Shown: one piece after another, positions 35,701 through 48,479 of the stretch
How positions within the stretch are numbered: position 1 is the first letter of the stretch
How the letters are laid out: each line of letters starts with the position of its first letter
NCBI RefSeq assembly: GCF_032191835.1
Contig: NC_083226.1
Location: forward strand, 154,690,001-154,754,000
DNA length: 64,000 bases
Direction: 5' to 3'
Source of the DNA: Heteronotia binoei
Taxonomy: Eukaryota
Position numbers and translations under genes: made by a program
Notes under the pieces: generated by a model
The model's database searches: none
Seen by the model: only the letters and a program-made list of their open reading frames with translations
Told to the model about the DNA's origin: nothing

Positions 35701-38429
35701 ATGATATGGAGTAGAAATTATAATGAGGAAATCAGGACATGAATTAACCATCAGAAGTAGTCACAGCAAGCCCTACTCTACTAGATTTTGATGAGGTGGG
35801 ATAATGTTGGACCTTACAGATGTCACACCTTGGTAATCTAGTTTGTTTTACTCATTTACTTTATTTTTATTTCTTTACATTTTGTATAATCTCGCTTTCT
35901 CACTTGGATTCAAGATGGATTACACATAGCGAGTCAGTACAACCAATAGGATGAATATTCAATAAACAGTGCAGTGGGGTAGAACCAACCAGAAGTTTAA
36001 AAACAGAATCAAAATCTCCGCCTTCCCAACCACCATTACCTCTGTCTTTTATAGGCATTTATAGAGGGTTTGTAAGTATGCTTTTGTTTCCAGGGGTTAT
36101 AAGTATGCTTGGTATTTTCAGCCCACATCAGTGGAAAATGGCCAACACGTTATGTCCCCTCCAAAACTTTAGGGTCTAATGTCATCTTCCACCGCCATCA
36201 ATCAATATCAAATCAGCATATAGATAACCTGTTCATCCTGCCTTCATGGTGAATAATGAATGCTTCATATTGCTTTGGTTGAAAAAGATATGGGGAAACT
36301 CAGGAAGTGGTTTGTGGTCACTTTCAAACCAAGAGGATAAGAACATGAGAAGAGGCCTGCTGAATCAGACCAGTGTGACCATCAGCATCCTGTCTCACAC
36401 AGCAGCCAACCAGTTCCTTTGGAGGACTGACAACAGGGCATAGAGGGCTTTATAAGTAATGTCCTAGAAAGGGTCTGGAAGAAATGTTGGTTCCCCTCCT
36501 CTTACTGTCAACCATCACTTCAAGAGGCACAAATTGCACTCTGAAAGCTATAGCTCTAAGGAATTTGTTTCTCCCTTCTTTCACTGTCTCTGATCATTCT
36601 AATTTTAAGCTGTGTTCTTAAGGCATGATGACCTAAGCTGCTATGACTCAGCCCTTCAGCACGATCTAGACTGTGGCTGGGAGTGATAGTGAATGATGCG
36701 GGAAATGAAATATGAAGGTTTGGAAGCTAGTATCTCTACCCTAAAGTAATGTTTTGGCAATTAAAAACCAGCTATTCCAGGAATCTGTTGCTCTTCTCTG
36801 CTGCATCAACAGCTACCCTGTTGCCACTTAAATAGCAGTAAATTCTCCAGGCAGTATCTTTATATCGATATTAAAGCTCCAGACTATTAATTCCAGGAAT
36901 CCAAGAGCTGTGCCAGCCATTTTTATTTTAGTTTCCACTTTTTCAGCTAATAGGTTGAGTTGCTTTGACAGACGATACATTTAATATGCTCCAATTAAGT
37001 GTGTGACTTATGCGTTAAGGACTTGATGCATTCAGAGCATCCAAAGCCAGATACGATGACTAGCTGATAAATGCTAGTAGGTTTTTAAAAAATTTTGCAC
37101 ACCAAGATTTGATAACTTTCTGCTAAAAAGGATCCTTAAGATGGTAATCTCATGGGACAGTTTGGAAGAAGCATTGTAATGTGTTGAGGGAAGATACTGG
37201 GTTGTATATGATTGGTGGAGGCTGCATGAAACACTGTTTAGGAATACGCGTAATGACGGGGGTGGTAAAGCAGATTATGAGGAAAAGGTGTCAGAACATG
37301 CAAGCGCACTGAAGAATATATAGAGCTGCATAAAAGACTTCAAGTCAGTGGTGGAAATAAAATGCATCAGAGAACAATTTTCATACTGCTGTATAATTCA
37401 GTAAGCTACTGTTCTCATTTTGCTTGCCAACTGAACAAACATACAATTTCCTCTTTTCAAAGTGGTTACGCTGCTTTAACGCTTTTTTTTCCCCAGTGAA
37501 AGTAGTACTCATGAGTTAATATTTAATCACTGGAATATAGCCTAAGAATATAGCCTTAGTCTTGTGTGAAGTGCTGGGAAAATTACATTTACTTTTTCTA
37601 ATTTTATCCTTTGAAACATGTATGTGAAAATCTGTATGCTAAAAAATAGCCTGTGTACTAATCATTGTTTAAAACAGGTTTTTTGATCTTTACTAAGCTG
37701 TACAGACCTATAAAAACATTGGCAGCAAGTGGCCATGGGCAGTCCAGAATTACCAGTCCCAGAGAAAAACTAGGGAAAGGTGTGAAGCAGTTGTCTTGAA
37801 ATATAGTCCGTATGTCCGGAGTTTGTCCCCAGGAACTGAGGAGGAATTAAGCCTAATGTCATTTTTAGTTGATGACTTGTCTCACAACTGTTTGCTCCTT
37901 TTAAAGGAAATATCAGAATTCCAGACACAAAAAACAGTTACATTTGGCTTAAAGCAGTCCCTTTTAAAAACTCTAAATCAGAGGTGTTGAATTCATTTGT
38001 TACTAGAACCAGATCTGACATAAATGTCACTTTGTTGGGCTGGTCCATGCATGCTATAAAGGTACGAGAGAACACGAGGTACGAGAGATCTAAACTTTAT
38101 AAAGGTGATTTTAGATGTTAAATGGCAATATCAGGTGAATGAGAATAGCAGGTTTGATTTGGATTAGGTGTGATATGCACAGGGGGAGCAGACTGCAGTA
38201 ATGCAATCTGAACTCTCTGCTCATGTGTCTGGGGTGTACTTGCTGTAAAATTGGAAATGAAGTTCTTGCTTACAATAAATACTTAAGACGGTAATTCTTA
38301 ATATTGGGTCAGTTCATGTGTGAGAAGTATGGAATATCAAGAAGGGTAAGTGGATCTGAAGAATCCTGAAACAAGTGGTTCCTCTCCTCCTCAGTCGGAA
38401 TATGGGTGGTTTTAATGCCTCATGCAAGA

Positions 38430-38608
38430 GCATTCTTACTGAGTCAGTCACAAGTTCTCACAGAGCTGTTCCTCTCAAGAGCAGTTTGTCAGAGCTCTCT
38501 CAGCTCTGCCTACCTCACAGGGTGTCTGTTGTGGGGAGGGGAAGGGAAAGGAAATTGTAAACCGCTCTGAGACAATGAGTGAAGGGCCGGCTATAAATCC
38601 AATCATCC
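38430..38608 (+). mobile_element. Squam3-like SINE, 3' half
   Basis: CCTCACAGGGTGTCTGTTGTGGGG body and TATAAATCCAAT tail. Confidence 0.8.
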
Positions 38609-39003
38609 CAACCTGATTTGAGAAGATGGACTCAGAAGGAACTGCTGTTCTTGTAACATTTTACCATGCACAACTATAAGGGAGATTGTTTTGTTTTTTT
38701 AGTGTAAATGTTGGGATTTCTACTCTTATCAGCAAATTTTTGCTTGCTCTTGCTTACCAGTAAAACAGTTAATGTGTGCTTGGTTGAGGGCACTCAGAAG
38801 GTAGACTGAGTTTTTAAAAAGGGCCACATGCTCCAGAAATTCAAGAAACACTAATTTAGATCAGAAGGTTCTTGGTGTGAAAAAGATGATGTATTCTTGA
38901 AGATATTGGACACATCTTACATTAAATTTAGGTCTTGGCTTTCAAGAATCTTTTATGGAACAGATTGTACTGTAAAGAACTGAAAACATGTTATTACTTG
39001 CAG

Positions 39004-39068
39004 CTTCTTTGTAATGCTGGGCATTCTGAAGAAAAACTGGGTTTTACTTATGAAGACATCATCATATG
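39004..39068 (+). CDS. RICTOR: RICTOR exon 4 (65 nt; LLCNAGHSEEKLGFTYEDIII)
   Basis: CAG acceptor, GTAAGA donor, homology. Confidence 0.97.
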
Positions 39069-40436
39069 GTAAGAATTTTTTTAAAAAAAGGGCAAGATTT
39101 GTGATGTTCAGATTATAAAAATCACAGTTATTTCAAAGCACATTTAAATCTACTTGCCAGAATTTGAAAATTACTTGCTGAAGTCACAACTCGGGCAACC
39201 CCAGTAGGAAGTGCTGTGTCATTTGCCAGTTTTTTAGTTCTTGCAAATTAGTTAGGGCTGGAAGCCACAAGTGTCTTAGTTCATATCAGTTCTCAAGCTG
39301 GCTGTATGGATATAAAGGGAGTTCTGAGCCAGTTGGGGTGCTGCCTCTCATTCCTACACCCTGTATTCCTAACCAGCATCAATTCTGCAGTGCTTCATAT
39401 GGGCAGAGAAGGGAGATTAAGTTGAAAATAAAAGTTCCTTAAATAATAAAGACTATCTTTACTACTTAGGAAATGATGTATTGCTTGTTTTCAGATAACT
39501 TGATGCTTATGAATCCCAAGAGTATCTGTCTCCCCCCCCCCCCCAGTCTTTCTTTTTAAGTCTGCAGCCATGGCATATTTTTGTCTGGTCAGGATCAATA
39601 CTAGAAGGCAGAGTGGTTCAGTCCAAAGGTCAGGGTTCCAGAAGTCAGGCAAGGCACAGTTGGTGTTTGAGTGTCTGTTGTATGCTTTGTCCATGCCTAA
39701 CAGCTTCCCTTGGCTGGCTTTCATAGCCATATGCTTAAGAGTCATGCTTGCAGCCAGCTGCTCAGGAATAATCCTGCAGCTGCTCATTTTGGTTATCAGC
39801 AAGCAGCTGGTACCAGGCCAAGAGGTGTGCACTTTGCCAACTGTCCTGTAACTCTGTTCTTAGCCTCTGTCTGTGGTGCTCTAAGGGTATGGTTGATACT
39901 GAAGGGCTGGAAATGATTAACCAAGTTTCACCTGTTGAATCAGGGCTGGAAGGTGTCAGTGGCTCTGCACCAACTGTTGGCTGTGAATCCTGACAAGCTT
40001 GCAGCTCATTTCCTGCTTGCCAGCTTCTGCTGACTCAGAGCTGGCAACATGGAGCTCCTTTTCAACCTGAGGAATCCTCACTATCACTGAGCCCTGGCTG
40101 ACTCATGACAGTATTTCTTCTTTGGTGTGTTCATTCTGCTTTAGGCTGTTTAGTTTGTTTGTCCTGAGTTCAGTGCTGTTGAGAGATGTCCCCCTTGCTG
40201 TTTGTCCATAGCATTCTGGTACATTTGTCTATTTCCTAGGGTTCCCTAGTTTGTCTTTGATTTTTACCAGATTTTGAGAAGGATTACAGAAAAGCCTGGA
40301 TGATTCCCAGGTTTTGGGAAAGATTACAGAAAAGCCTGGATGACTCCCAGGTGTGAAGGCCTGCCCTTGTCCTTGCATTGGCACTTTGGACTTTTCAAAA
40401 AATGGAAGTTGAATATTGTTATTATAAAGTTATAAC

Positions 40437-40556
40437 CAGGGGTTTTTTTTTTAGCAGGGGCGCACAGGAACGCAGTTCCAGCTGGCTTGGCATCAGGAGG
40501 TGTGGCCTAATATGCAAATGAGTTCCTGCTGGGCTTTTTCTACAGAAAAAGCCCTG
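40437..40556. mobile_element. hAT MITE (120 bp)
   Basis: CAGGGGTTTTTTT / AAAAAGCCCTG; perfect TSD GTTATAAC. Confidence 0.9.
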
Positions 40557-40974
40557 GTTATAACAATCTGTGTATCAGGTTATCTGTATTCTCAGCTTTC
40601 ATTTAAAAAGAGAACAGAGTCACTACTCCCTTTCTCTGCAGAGATGTAAAGGAAAAGTCATATCTCCACAACAAAGAAGACTTCTTTAAATGAAAGTTGG
40701 GAATTCGGAGAACCGGATATATCAGTTATTATCAGTTATTTCTTTGTGCAGTAGATTTATTTTTAAAAGGAACTTTCTATAGCTGATTTTAAAAAAAAAT
40801 TGTGTAAAGCATCTGTTCTTATCTACCCTTGAGACAGTATTATTGCAATGCTATGAAAAGTTTTCCCAGTAGCACAGACACAGGAGAACTGTCAAATATC
40901 TGAGGGCAAGTTGACCTTTGTTTGGTTAAGAGTCTTGTTATTCACAATGCTATAGTTTTCTTTGCTATACTCTC

Positions 40975-41180
40975 AGTTGTGCTAAATGCTTGACCCAGCC
41001 CATGGATAAACATCAGCTGTCCATGAACTAATCCTGGAGGAGCAGGCTGATTTGGCATGTATTGTTGAGACGTGGTCGGACATGATGACAAGAATTGATC
41101 CACCATGATGCCTACCAAGTTTCTTGTTGCATCAGCCGTCCAAAAATTCAATACCTCTAGTCAGTGACCAGGGTGTCAAT
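40975..41180 (+). mobile_element. L2-type ORF2 endonuclease 5' fragment
   Basis: + strand reads LLNA...TSAVHELILEEQADLACIVETW (APE motifs), frameshifted. Confidence 0.65.
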
Positions 41181-42704
41181 GTGTTTTCAATGAGCAGATC
41201 TGCATCTTGGGAATGATTTTAGTTTATTGCTATGGATGTTCAAGTTTCCCCTCTGTGGAATATAGCACTTCTGACCAGCTTCGACTTCCTTGGGCCTCAG
41301 TTATCCATTCACAAGCCAGGTTTCATTATTGTAGTAAGTATGTGGTCTGCCTTTGAAAACTTCAAAATACCACAGTGAAGTTGTTTGTTGGGTGTTATGG
41401 GGAATACATCTTACCACATTTAAAATAAATACATTGGTGATGATTGGTTTCTTTTTGTAATCCAGTATTCTAATTATTGTTACAGAGCCTTAAAGGGGCT
41501 GGGACTAGGGTGTTTAAAGGCCGGCTCACTCCCATATCAACTTGCCTGTTAATTTTGGCTGGTTTACCTCTCTGCAGAGGTAAAGTGAGTGAGAATGAAA
41601 ACTAGGGCTTTTTCTAAGGTAGTGCACGGATTATGAATCTCCCTTCTCATAGGAATTTGTTTGGCATCTAGATTCCTGAGCTTTAAATGCCAAGTAAAAA
41701 TATTTTTATTTTACAAAGCTTATAGTGGCTTTTGTTTGTAAATTTGGGTTGATGTTATCTTTTTTTTGGTCTTGTCCTCTCAGTTTGTTTCCTAGATGTT
41801 GCTGATTTCTAAATGATGTTTGAGATACCTTAACATTCCCCAAATCTAAACACTTCTTCCTGCTGCCACTTTTTCCTTTATGCGCTGAGTCATGTAACAT
41901 CTGCCTGTCTAGCTGGCCTTTCATGTGAAACATGTAGTAGATGAAAGGACCTAGAGTTTAACCTTCTTCCTAACAACTAGAATTTCCCCTCTAGATCGAG
42001 GTTGCCATCCTGTTGAATTAAAATCAGTAAAAATGTAGGCCTTGATGTCTCTAACAAGTGGTATAATATACACAAATGGTATCTCATTTCCATGCTTGGG
42101 TGAACCATAAAAAGTTATAACCAAAATGCTCATACTAGTCTAAGTAGGAGGCTATAACAGGAACAATACTTACACTTGATTCTTTCTTGCTGTTCATTTG
42201 CTAGAGCCCATCTCTGTAAACTAAGAACCAAAAGCCTTCTGGTTATACAACCAAGATTGTCTAAATTTGAGTCCATTAGCACTTTATAGACTTTGCTCTT
42301 GAAATCTCATACACTGAAACTCTTGTTGGTCTCGAAGGTGCACAAATCTAGCTGTTCTGCTGCAGACCAACATGGCTAACCTCTGAAACAACCAAGATAA
42401 TAGCTCAGATTGCATGTGTGATGAGGATGTAGGTTAATTGAGATTAGATGCAGATTAATAAGAATCATCAGTGGATAACAGAAACAAAGGTGATCTGTAG
42501 TTATCAAGAATGATTATATTAGAAGATGTCTTTGGACATCACCAAAAAAAATCCCCCATTAACATGTGCCAGCCAGAAGAAGAATGCTGTTGGAAAGTCA
42601 AAGGCCCCAAGGCAGATAATTTCCTGAAATCCCCAAGGCAGATAATTTCCTGAAATAGCTTCAGAGGTAAGCAAAGAACTGTCACTAACCAATGTGATCA
42701 TAGA

Positions 42705-43143
42705 CAAGGGGTCATTTTGTAGAAAAAAGAGGTGCCGGAGCTCATTAGCACAACTCATTTGCATAACTCATAAATTATATAAATTATATCAGCTCAGCAT
42801 CTACCTTAAAATGCCTCCTGAATTATAATTGTCATAATCAAATCTTACTCCCATTATACTTTTTCAATTACTTTCTCCTATGTCTCCCCAATGGCATGAT
42901 GAAGATTTCTATCTGTCTGCTTTATATGTTTTGATTATTTTCCCATTTTTTGTGGAGAAAAATGTTAGAAAGTTTGTCATATCTTAGAGCTCAGCAAAAT
43001 TCTCACAGGCAGTTTGAACAATAGAGCCCAGAAGCAATTTTTTTTGGGTGTGGGGGGGGGAGGGTTTAAGAAAGAAAGAGCACAATAAAATTTAGTGGTT
43101 CCAGAGTGCCACTCCTGTGAGCTTCTGCCCAAAATGAGGCCTC
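42705..43143 (+). mobile_element. hAT element (longer relative of the 18805 family)
   Basis: CAAGGGGTCATTTTGTAGAAAA start; TSD ATCATAGA / ATCATAGG. Confidence 0.8.
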
Positions 43144-43752
43144 ATCATAGGGAAATACCCTCCATAACACTGAAAGTGGTGAACAATTGGCCTCTGTTTG
43201 TATAAGCAGGACCATCCAGCTGAGCCTTTTGAGAAGTATAAGCTCTTTAGCACTGAATTGTTTTTATCTAAAGAAACTTCAAAACAGGAAGTGTTGGGCC
43301 ACACACATTTTCCCCCTCCTTTCCAAATAATGACATCACAGGCTTAGATGGGTAAGTATTGTTGAATGCTCTCTGGAATGTTAGTTGAATGTTCTCAAAT
43401 TAGCATTAGTGATTCCAGTCAGCTTTGAAGTGCAATGCATATTCTGTCACTCATTTATGTGCTTGGAAATTGTGACTGTAAGGAAAGGAGGGCAGATATT
43501 TATTTCTTGCCTTCTTTGTGGCCACAGCAGGCTTTCTGACTTGCTCTCAACCATGTGATGTTTTTAGCAATAGAAATAATGCTGGCAAGAAGAATACCAT
43601 TTGGTTTTCACCCAGACTTCAGGGTCTTCCATACCTCAGGCAGTAGCTGCAGTAGATCTGATGTGTTCAAACATGGATCTACCCCAGTCACATAGAACAA
43701 TAATGGGGGGTTGATATAAAGATTTCATGTTTTCTAATTGTTTGCCTTCTAG

Positions 43753-43884
43753 TTTGCGGTTAGCTTTACTGAATGAAGCAAAAGAGGTCCGAGCAGCAGG
43801 ACTACGAGCCCTTCGGTATCTCATAGGAGATTCCAGTATTCTGCAGAAGATGTTAAAATTAAAAGTGGATTACTTGATAGCCAG
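43753..43884 (+). CDS. RICTOR: RICTOR exon 5 (132 nt; CLRLALLNEAKEVRAAGLRALRYLIGDSSILQKMLKLKVDYLIAR)
   Basis: TAG acceptor, GTAACT donor, homology. Confidence 0.97.
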
Positions 43885-44714
43885 GTAACTTCAATGCCAA
43901 ATTGCAGTTAACTAGCTTTCCTCTTAACTGTCCTCTAGGTAATCAAGCGACTCTTTTCACTGCAATGGATCAGTACCTATGAATCACTTAAACTGTATGC
44001 TAAATTGAATGGAGGATGTATACTTTGTGTGACATGGAACGGATGAAAAGCACAAAAACAAGACTCATTACTGAGTACTGATAGTATAGCCTAGCTTTTT
44101 TACAAGATTGTTGGGATTTTGCAGTCTTTTAACTGTGTGTTTGGATATCTTTGAAACAGTTCAGTCATTTCTAAGTGTATTTCACATGGTTGTTGCGTCC
44201 ACATTTTATTATCTGATTGTGCAACAGTTACTATCATGTATACTTAATGCTTTAAATTGGGGGGTACATTATGATCCGCCCTAAGCCCGTTATGGGAAAG
44301 GGTGTAATATAATAGAGCACCATTCCCTGCGAGTTGTCTTATTTAAAGTTGACCAAATAACTATTTATCCATAACAAAAGAACCATCATAGTTTCCTCCA
44401 TCCTCAGATCACATCCCATCTAGAACAAAATACCACATCAAGAGTGTGACTAGAACAGTGTGTAGGACCAGTTTGTTATCTGAGACAAGCCCATGGTTGT
44501 CATTTGTTGCTTTAGCCTCAAGATTTTATCACTGTGTAATATAAATATTTATGACTATACCTGGGAAATAATTTCAACATTCACTCTTTCAAATGTTATG
44601 CATCAGTACTTTAAATGTCTGCAAGGTTGGCAGAATCAAATTAAACACTGTTCTTCAGTCTGAATCCAAACAATGAGATTAAAGTATTTTAGATGCATTC
44701 TTTTTAAATTTTAG

Positions 44715-44778
44715 GTGCATTGACATACAGCAGAGTAATGAAGTAGAACGGACGCAGGCGCTTCGTTTAGTAAGAAAG
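44715..44778 (+). CDS. RICTOR: RICTOR exon 6 (64 nt; CIDIQQSNEVERTQALRLVRK)
   Basis: TAG acceptor, GTACAG donor, homology. Confidence 0.97.
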
Positions 44779-45629
44779 GTACAGTACACTGCAGTGTTAT
44801 ATGGAATGGACCCATGGCAAATCATATATGACCATGGAAATGCCGGATAATTTGCAAACACCTTGGATTGGGTCTAGTGTAGGGCTTTTAAAGGCAGGCT
44901 GGATTTCCACCTGCATGATTGTCTTGCTCCCCTCATCCCACCAGAGTCCATAATGTCAGTAAAGTGTTGTTCTTAGGTGACAGTATGAAGGGAGAGGTGT
45001 AGATCTGTGGCAGGAGAAGACAGTTGGCAAAAATTGAGTAATTCTTCTGCTGGTTTCAAATCCTTTGTGTGTCCAGTGAGGGGACCTGCCAGGTCAACTT
45101 ACCTTGGCTGAAACAAGCCATCACAAATGGCAGCCGAAATAGCAGGCCTGGATGCACCCAGGACAGGAAGGGAGGGTCTGCAGACTCTAGGTTCAGTACT
45201 AGAGTTTGGCAGCTAGATGGAGCCACTAATATCCTCAAGCCCTGCCTGGGAAAGAGAGCAACATGGCTAAAGCAGTGCTTCAGGACGCTTTGGTTGAAGA
45301 AAGGGTAAAAGGGAGGGGCAAGCCAGGGGAGGGAATTGGAAGAGTGGCCTATGTAAGGAGGGTCTGCAGCAGTCAAGGAGAATGAAGTATCCCTGCTCAG
45401 GCACTATGGTAGAGGAACAAGGTGGTGTAACCCCCTCTTCTCTCCAGTCTGAGGCCTTGCATGTCCTCCACTGCAGGGAAAGTCATGGTGCAGCAAGGAC
45501 AATGCAGCCTGGACTGGGGGAGTGTCACATTGTGAAATGCCCTTGAATGGGGTGGTGAAGTCCTGTTAGTTTGTTGCAAACAGTGATCTCAGTATAGAAT
45601 AAAAAGTTGGAATTGCAGTGCAGGGGACA

Positions 45630-45692
45630 CTTCCTTCCTTCCTTCCCTCCCTCCTTCCCTCTCTCCTTCCTTCCTTCCCTCCCTCCCTCCCC
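45630..45692. repeat. (CCTT/CCCT)n microsatellite
   Basis: Visible in sequence. Confidence 0.9.
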
Positions 45693-47194
45693 TTGGCAGC
45701 CTCTACCTGGGAATACTATGATCCAGTTGTGTGGTGGGGAACCCGCAAGCCTCCCACACTTGCTGCAGGGGGTGTCAGTTTTGGTGTATTTTAATCCACC
45801 CACCCCTTTTTTGAAAAGGTTTGAGATTTTTCTGCCAAAAATCTCTTGTCACTGTAGATTTAAGTATCTGCAGATGGGGCCACAGTTGAGAATTAGATCA
45901 ACTGATGATTGTATTAAACAAAGTAAGCCCTGTTTGTAGTGTTGAGAGCAAAGCCTTTTCAATTTCATCTCCCTGCTGCTTTTAATCTGCTTGACACAGA
46001 GTATCAGCAGTTTTTGTAGTATTCCGGTGAATATTTTAAAGTGTACCCATTAATTTGAAGTGGTAAACCGATTTCAAAAGCATCCTATAAGCAACTTCAG
46101 AGCTCTGAGAGTTTTGAAGTTCACAATATTAAAAAGCCGTCTCAGAGTGTAAAATGCTTCTGTTAAAGTCAAGAAGAATTTTGTTACATGTTTATGCTGA
46201 CCTGCTCTTTTTGGGGGGGGGGGTGTTCTGTTTTCCTGATACCCTACTCTGCTGTTCCAAAGGAATGTTTGCAAAGCTTATTTCAAAGACTTTATTGAGG
46301 AAATTAGTCAAGATAACTCCCAAGTTGCTGCCGTTTGCAGTAGTGAATACCTGGAAAGTAGGACAGTACGCAAGCTGTTTCTGAGTGTGCTATGAGAAGG
46401 GATTTTGGTTTCTGCCATTTTCAGTAGATCAGACTGTAGATCTTTAACTGCTTTCTGCTTTCTTGCCCTGTAAAACTGGGAAACTGTGCCTGTTTGTATT
46501 TTCCTGCCTCCCATGATGAGCATAAACTTGTTCATACCGTTGTAAATGCCATCATACAAGAATTAATTAAATGAAAGGTTCTCTCTTTGTAGATGAGGAA
46601 GAGTGTGGGTTTTTCTTTGAAGCCTTGTCTGAAGGAGCTTCCTGTTCTGTGGGCAATAGAACACAGTTTACAAAGCAGCATTTTTAAAAAAAAAAAACCT
46701 GTATAAACAAACATCGTCGTATTATATAGACTCGTTATTTAAAGGTGCAGATAAAACAACACCCCCCCCTCCGCCTTTCTGTATTTAGTACTTCATAGAG
46801 AGAGTTGTGAATTGTTAAGAAGAATTGCTTGGAAGAGAGGGGAAGAGTTCTTTTATTCCTACAAGAGCAAATATTGCATATTAACTGAAAGTTATTCCTC
46901 AGTTGCTAATAGTAAATTGAGCAAGGCGACAAAATGGTGTTCTGTAGCCTCTTACTCTTACTGCTTCCCTTATAGGCTACAAGATGAAGTCATCCTTTTC
47001 CCTTTACTGGAGGGAAATTCTAAGCAAGGAGTTAGATAAAGGAAGGCAGAATGCTACACCAAGTTTGTACTGAGGGGAAACAAAAATCTAACTTCATCAC
47101 AGACAAGCCACTTCCATTAGTGTAGACCCATAATCTTACTGGAAATGCAGTGCATGGATTCCTGTAACGTTGTTTCTCTCTTTGATTTTCACAG

Positions 47195-47321
47195 ATGATC
47201 ACTGTGAACGCTTCATTATTTCCTAGTTCAGTTACCAATTCCTTAATAGCAGTTGGAAACGATGGCCTTCAGGAGAGGGATAGGATGGTTCGAGCATGTA
47301 TCGCTATTATCTGTGAACTGG
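47195..47321 (+). CDS. RICTOR: RICTOR exon 7 (127 nt; MITVNASLFPSSVTNSLIAVGNDGLQERDRMVRACIAIICEL)
   Basis: CAG acceptor, GTAAGT donor, homology. Confidence 0.97.
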
Positions 47322-47457
47322 GTAAGTGTCTTCTGCATTAAGGAAGAAACAGGTGAATGTAGAAGCATTCCCTTGCTGGATCAGACCTGAGTTCCAGCAT
47401 TCCGCTTTCATCAGTGAACAGCCAGAAGCTTCATCCAAGCTATTCTTGTTTGTCAAA

Positions 47458-47636
47458 GATTTCAGGTTTTCACGGCTGGTAACATCATTAGGGTTTGTAG
47501 AATCTTTCGGGCTCAAGTGCCGTGTTCTACTGGAGAAAGTTTTCCTTCCAGACGTTTCGTTCTCAGCTGCGGAGAACATCCTCAGTGGCGTTGCAGCCGG
47601 AGCAGGCGCTCTGACCTTCTTGGCTGCTGTGCATTG
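47458..47636 (-). mobile_element. Young Penelope-like terminal fragment (second family)
   Basis: About 9 CpG in about 180 bp within CpG-poor intron; carries a minimal hammerhead motif. Confidence 0.7.
47548..47588 (-). ncRNA. Minimal type I hammerhead ribozyme motif
   Basis: Minus strand CCA-CUGAGGA-U-GUUCUC(cgcagcu)GAGAAC-GAAA-CG-UC-UGG: intact core, 6-bp stem II, palindromic ACGU stem III, GUC cleavage triplet, 3-bp stem I. Confidence 0.75.
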
Positions 47637-48479
47637 TTTTCCTTGTTGTCTGTTAATCGTGGGCCTACTGCCTTCCCATGTTTTAGCTACTTTTGCTTAT
47701 AGCCGTTAATACCCTGCCTTTCCAGAGCTCGTTTATTCAGTTTTAAGAGCTGTCTGCTGTAGAGCCCATTGTGCTATCCCATGTCTAAATTCTAGATTCT
47801 GCTTTGGTTTGTTTTACATTTCTGTCTTGCTGCATGGTTGTCTGAGGTGACGTCCAGCAAGAAGAGAAATCAGTAAGACTTTTTAAAGTAGTTGGGGACA
47901 AAAAACTACAATACACGAATGTCTCAGTACAGACAATTGAGTAAACCAAAATTTATAGGATTGTGAACAACTGCAGGCTTGTGTATTCCTTCTGTCTCCT
48001 TACCCATACATGTGATGTTACTTTCAATGGGAAATTTACTGCGGGATTGCCATGAAGTCAAAACATACAAACTGTACCTTATGTTCGCTCCAGACCAGAT
48101 TTGGCAATCCTTTTGTTTTTCAGTTCTGGTTTGGATAGAAAGCAGAAAGCTCACTTTCCATCTTTGGAAATCTGTGCCAACCAGTCGATTGTGTGAAAAA
48201 GTGCATTGAATGTAAAGCCACATGTGGGGGGAAGTACAGTGAGAGAATGTGTGAAACTGTGATGTGGACGATCATCTTTACCAAGCCATTGGTGTTTCTG
48301 GCTACTTATTATAAAATACATCAATAACTGCAGTGATGTCCAAACCACAGCAGGAGATAAGTCAATTAAAACTCACTCAGGTCACTATTTCACCTGAAAA
48401 GTTTTTAACATCCTATTTTTCCATTGGAAAAGTTTTTAACATCCTTTTTGAAAGAAAATATGAAATTAACCTGATGAAC

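Noticed and set aside
39582-40110. Possible solo LTR (TGTC...TGACA)
   Set aside because: The ends are suggestive, but I found no clean TSD and no second copy in the window; left unannotated.
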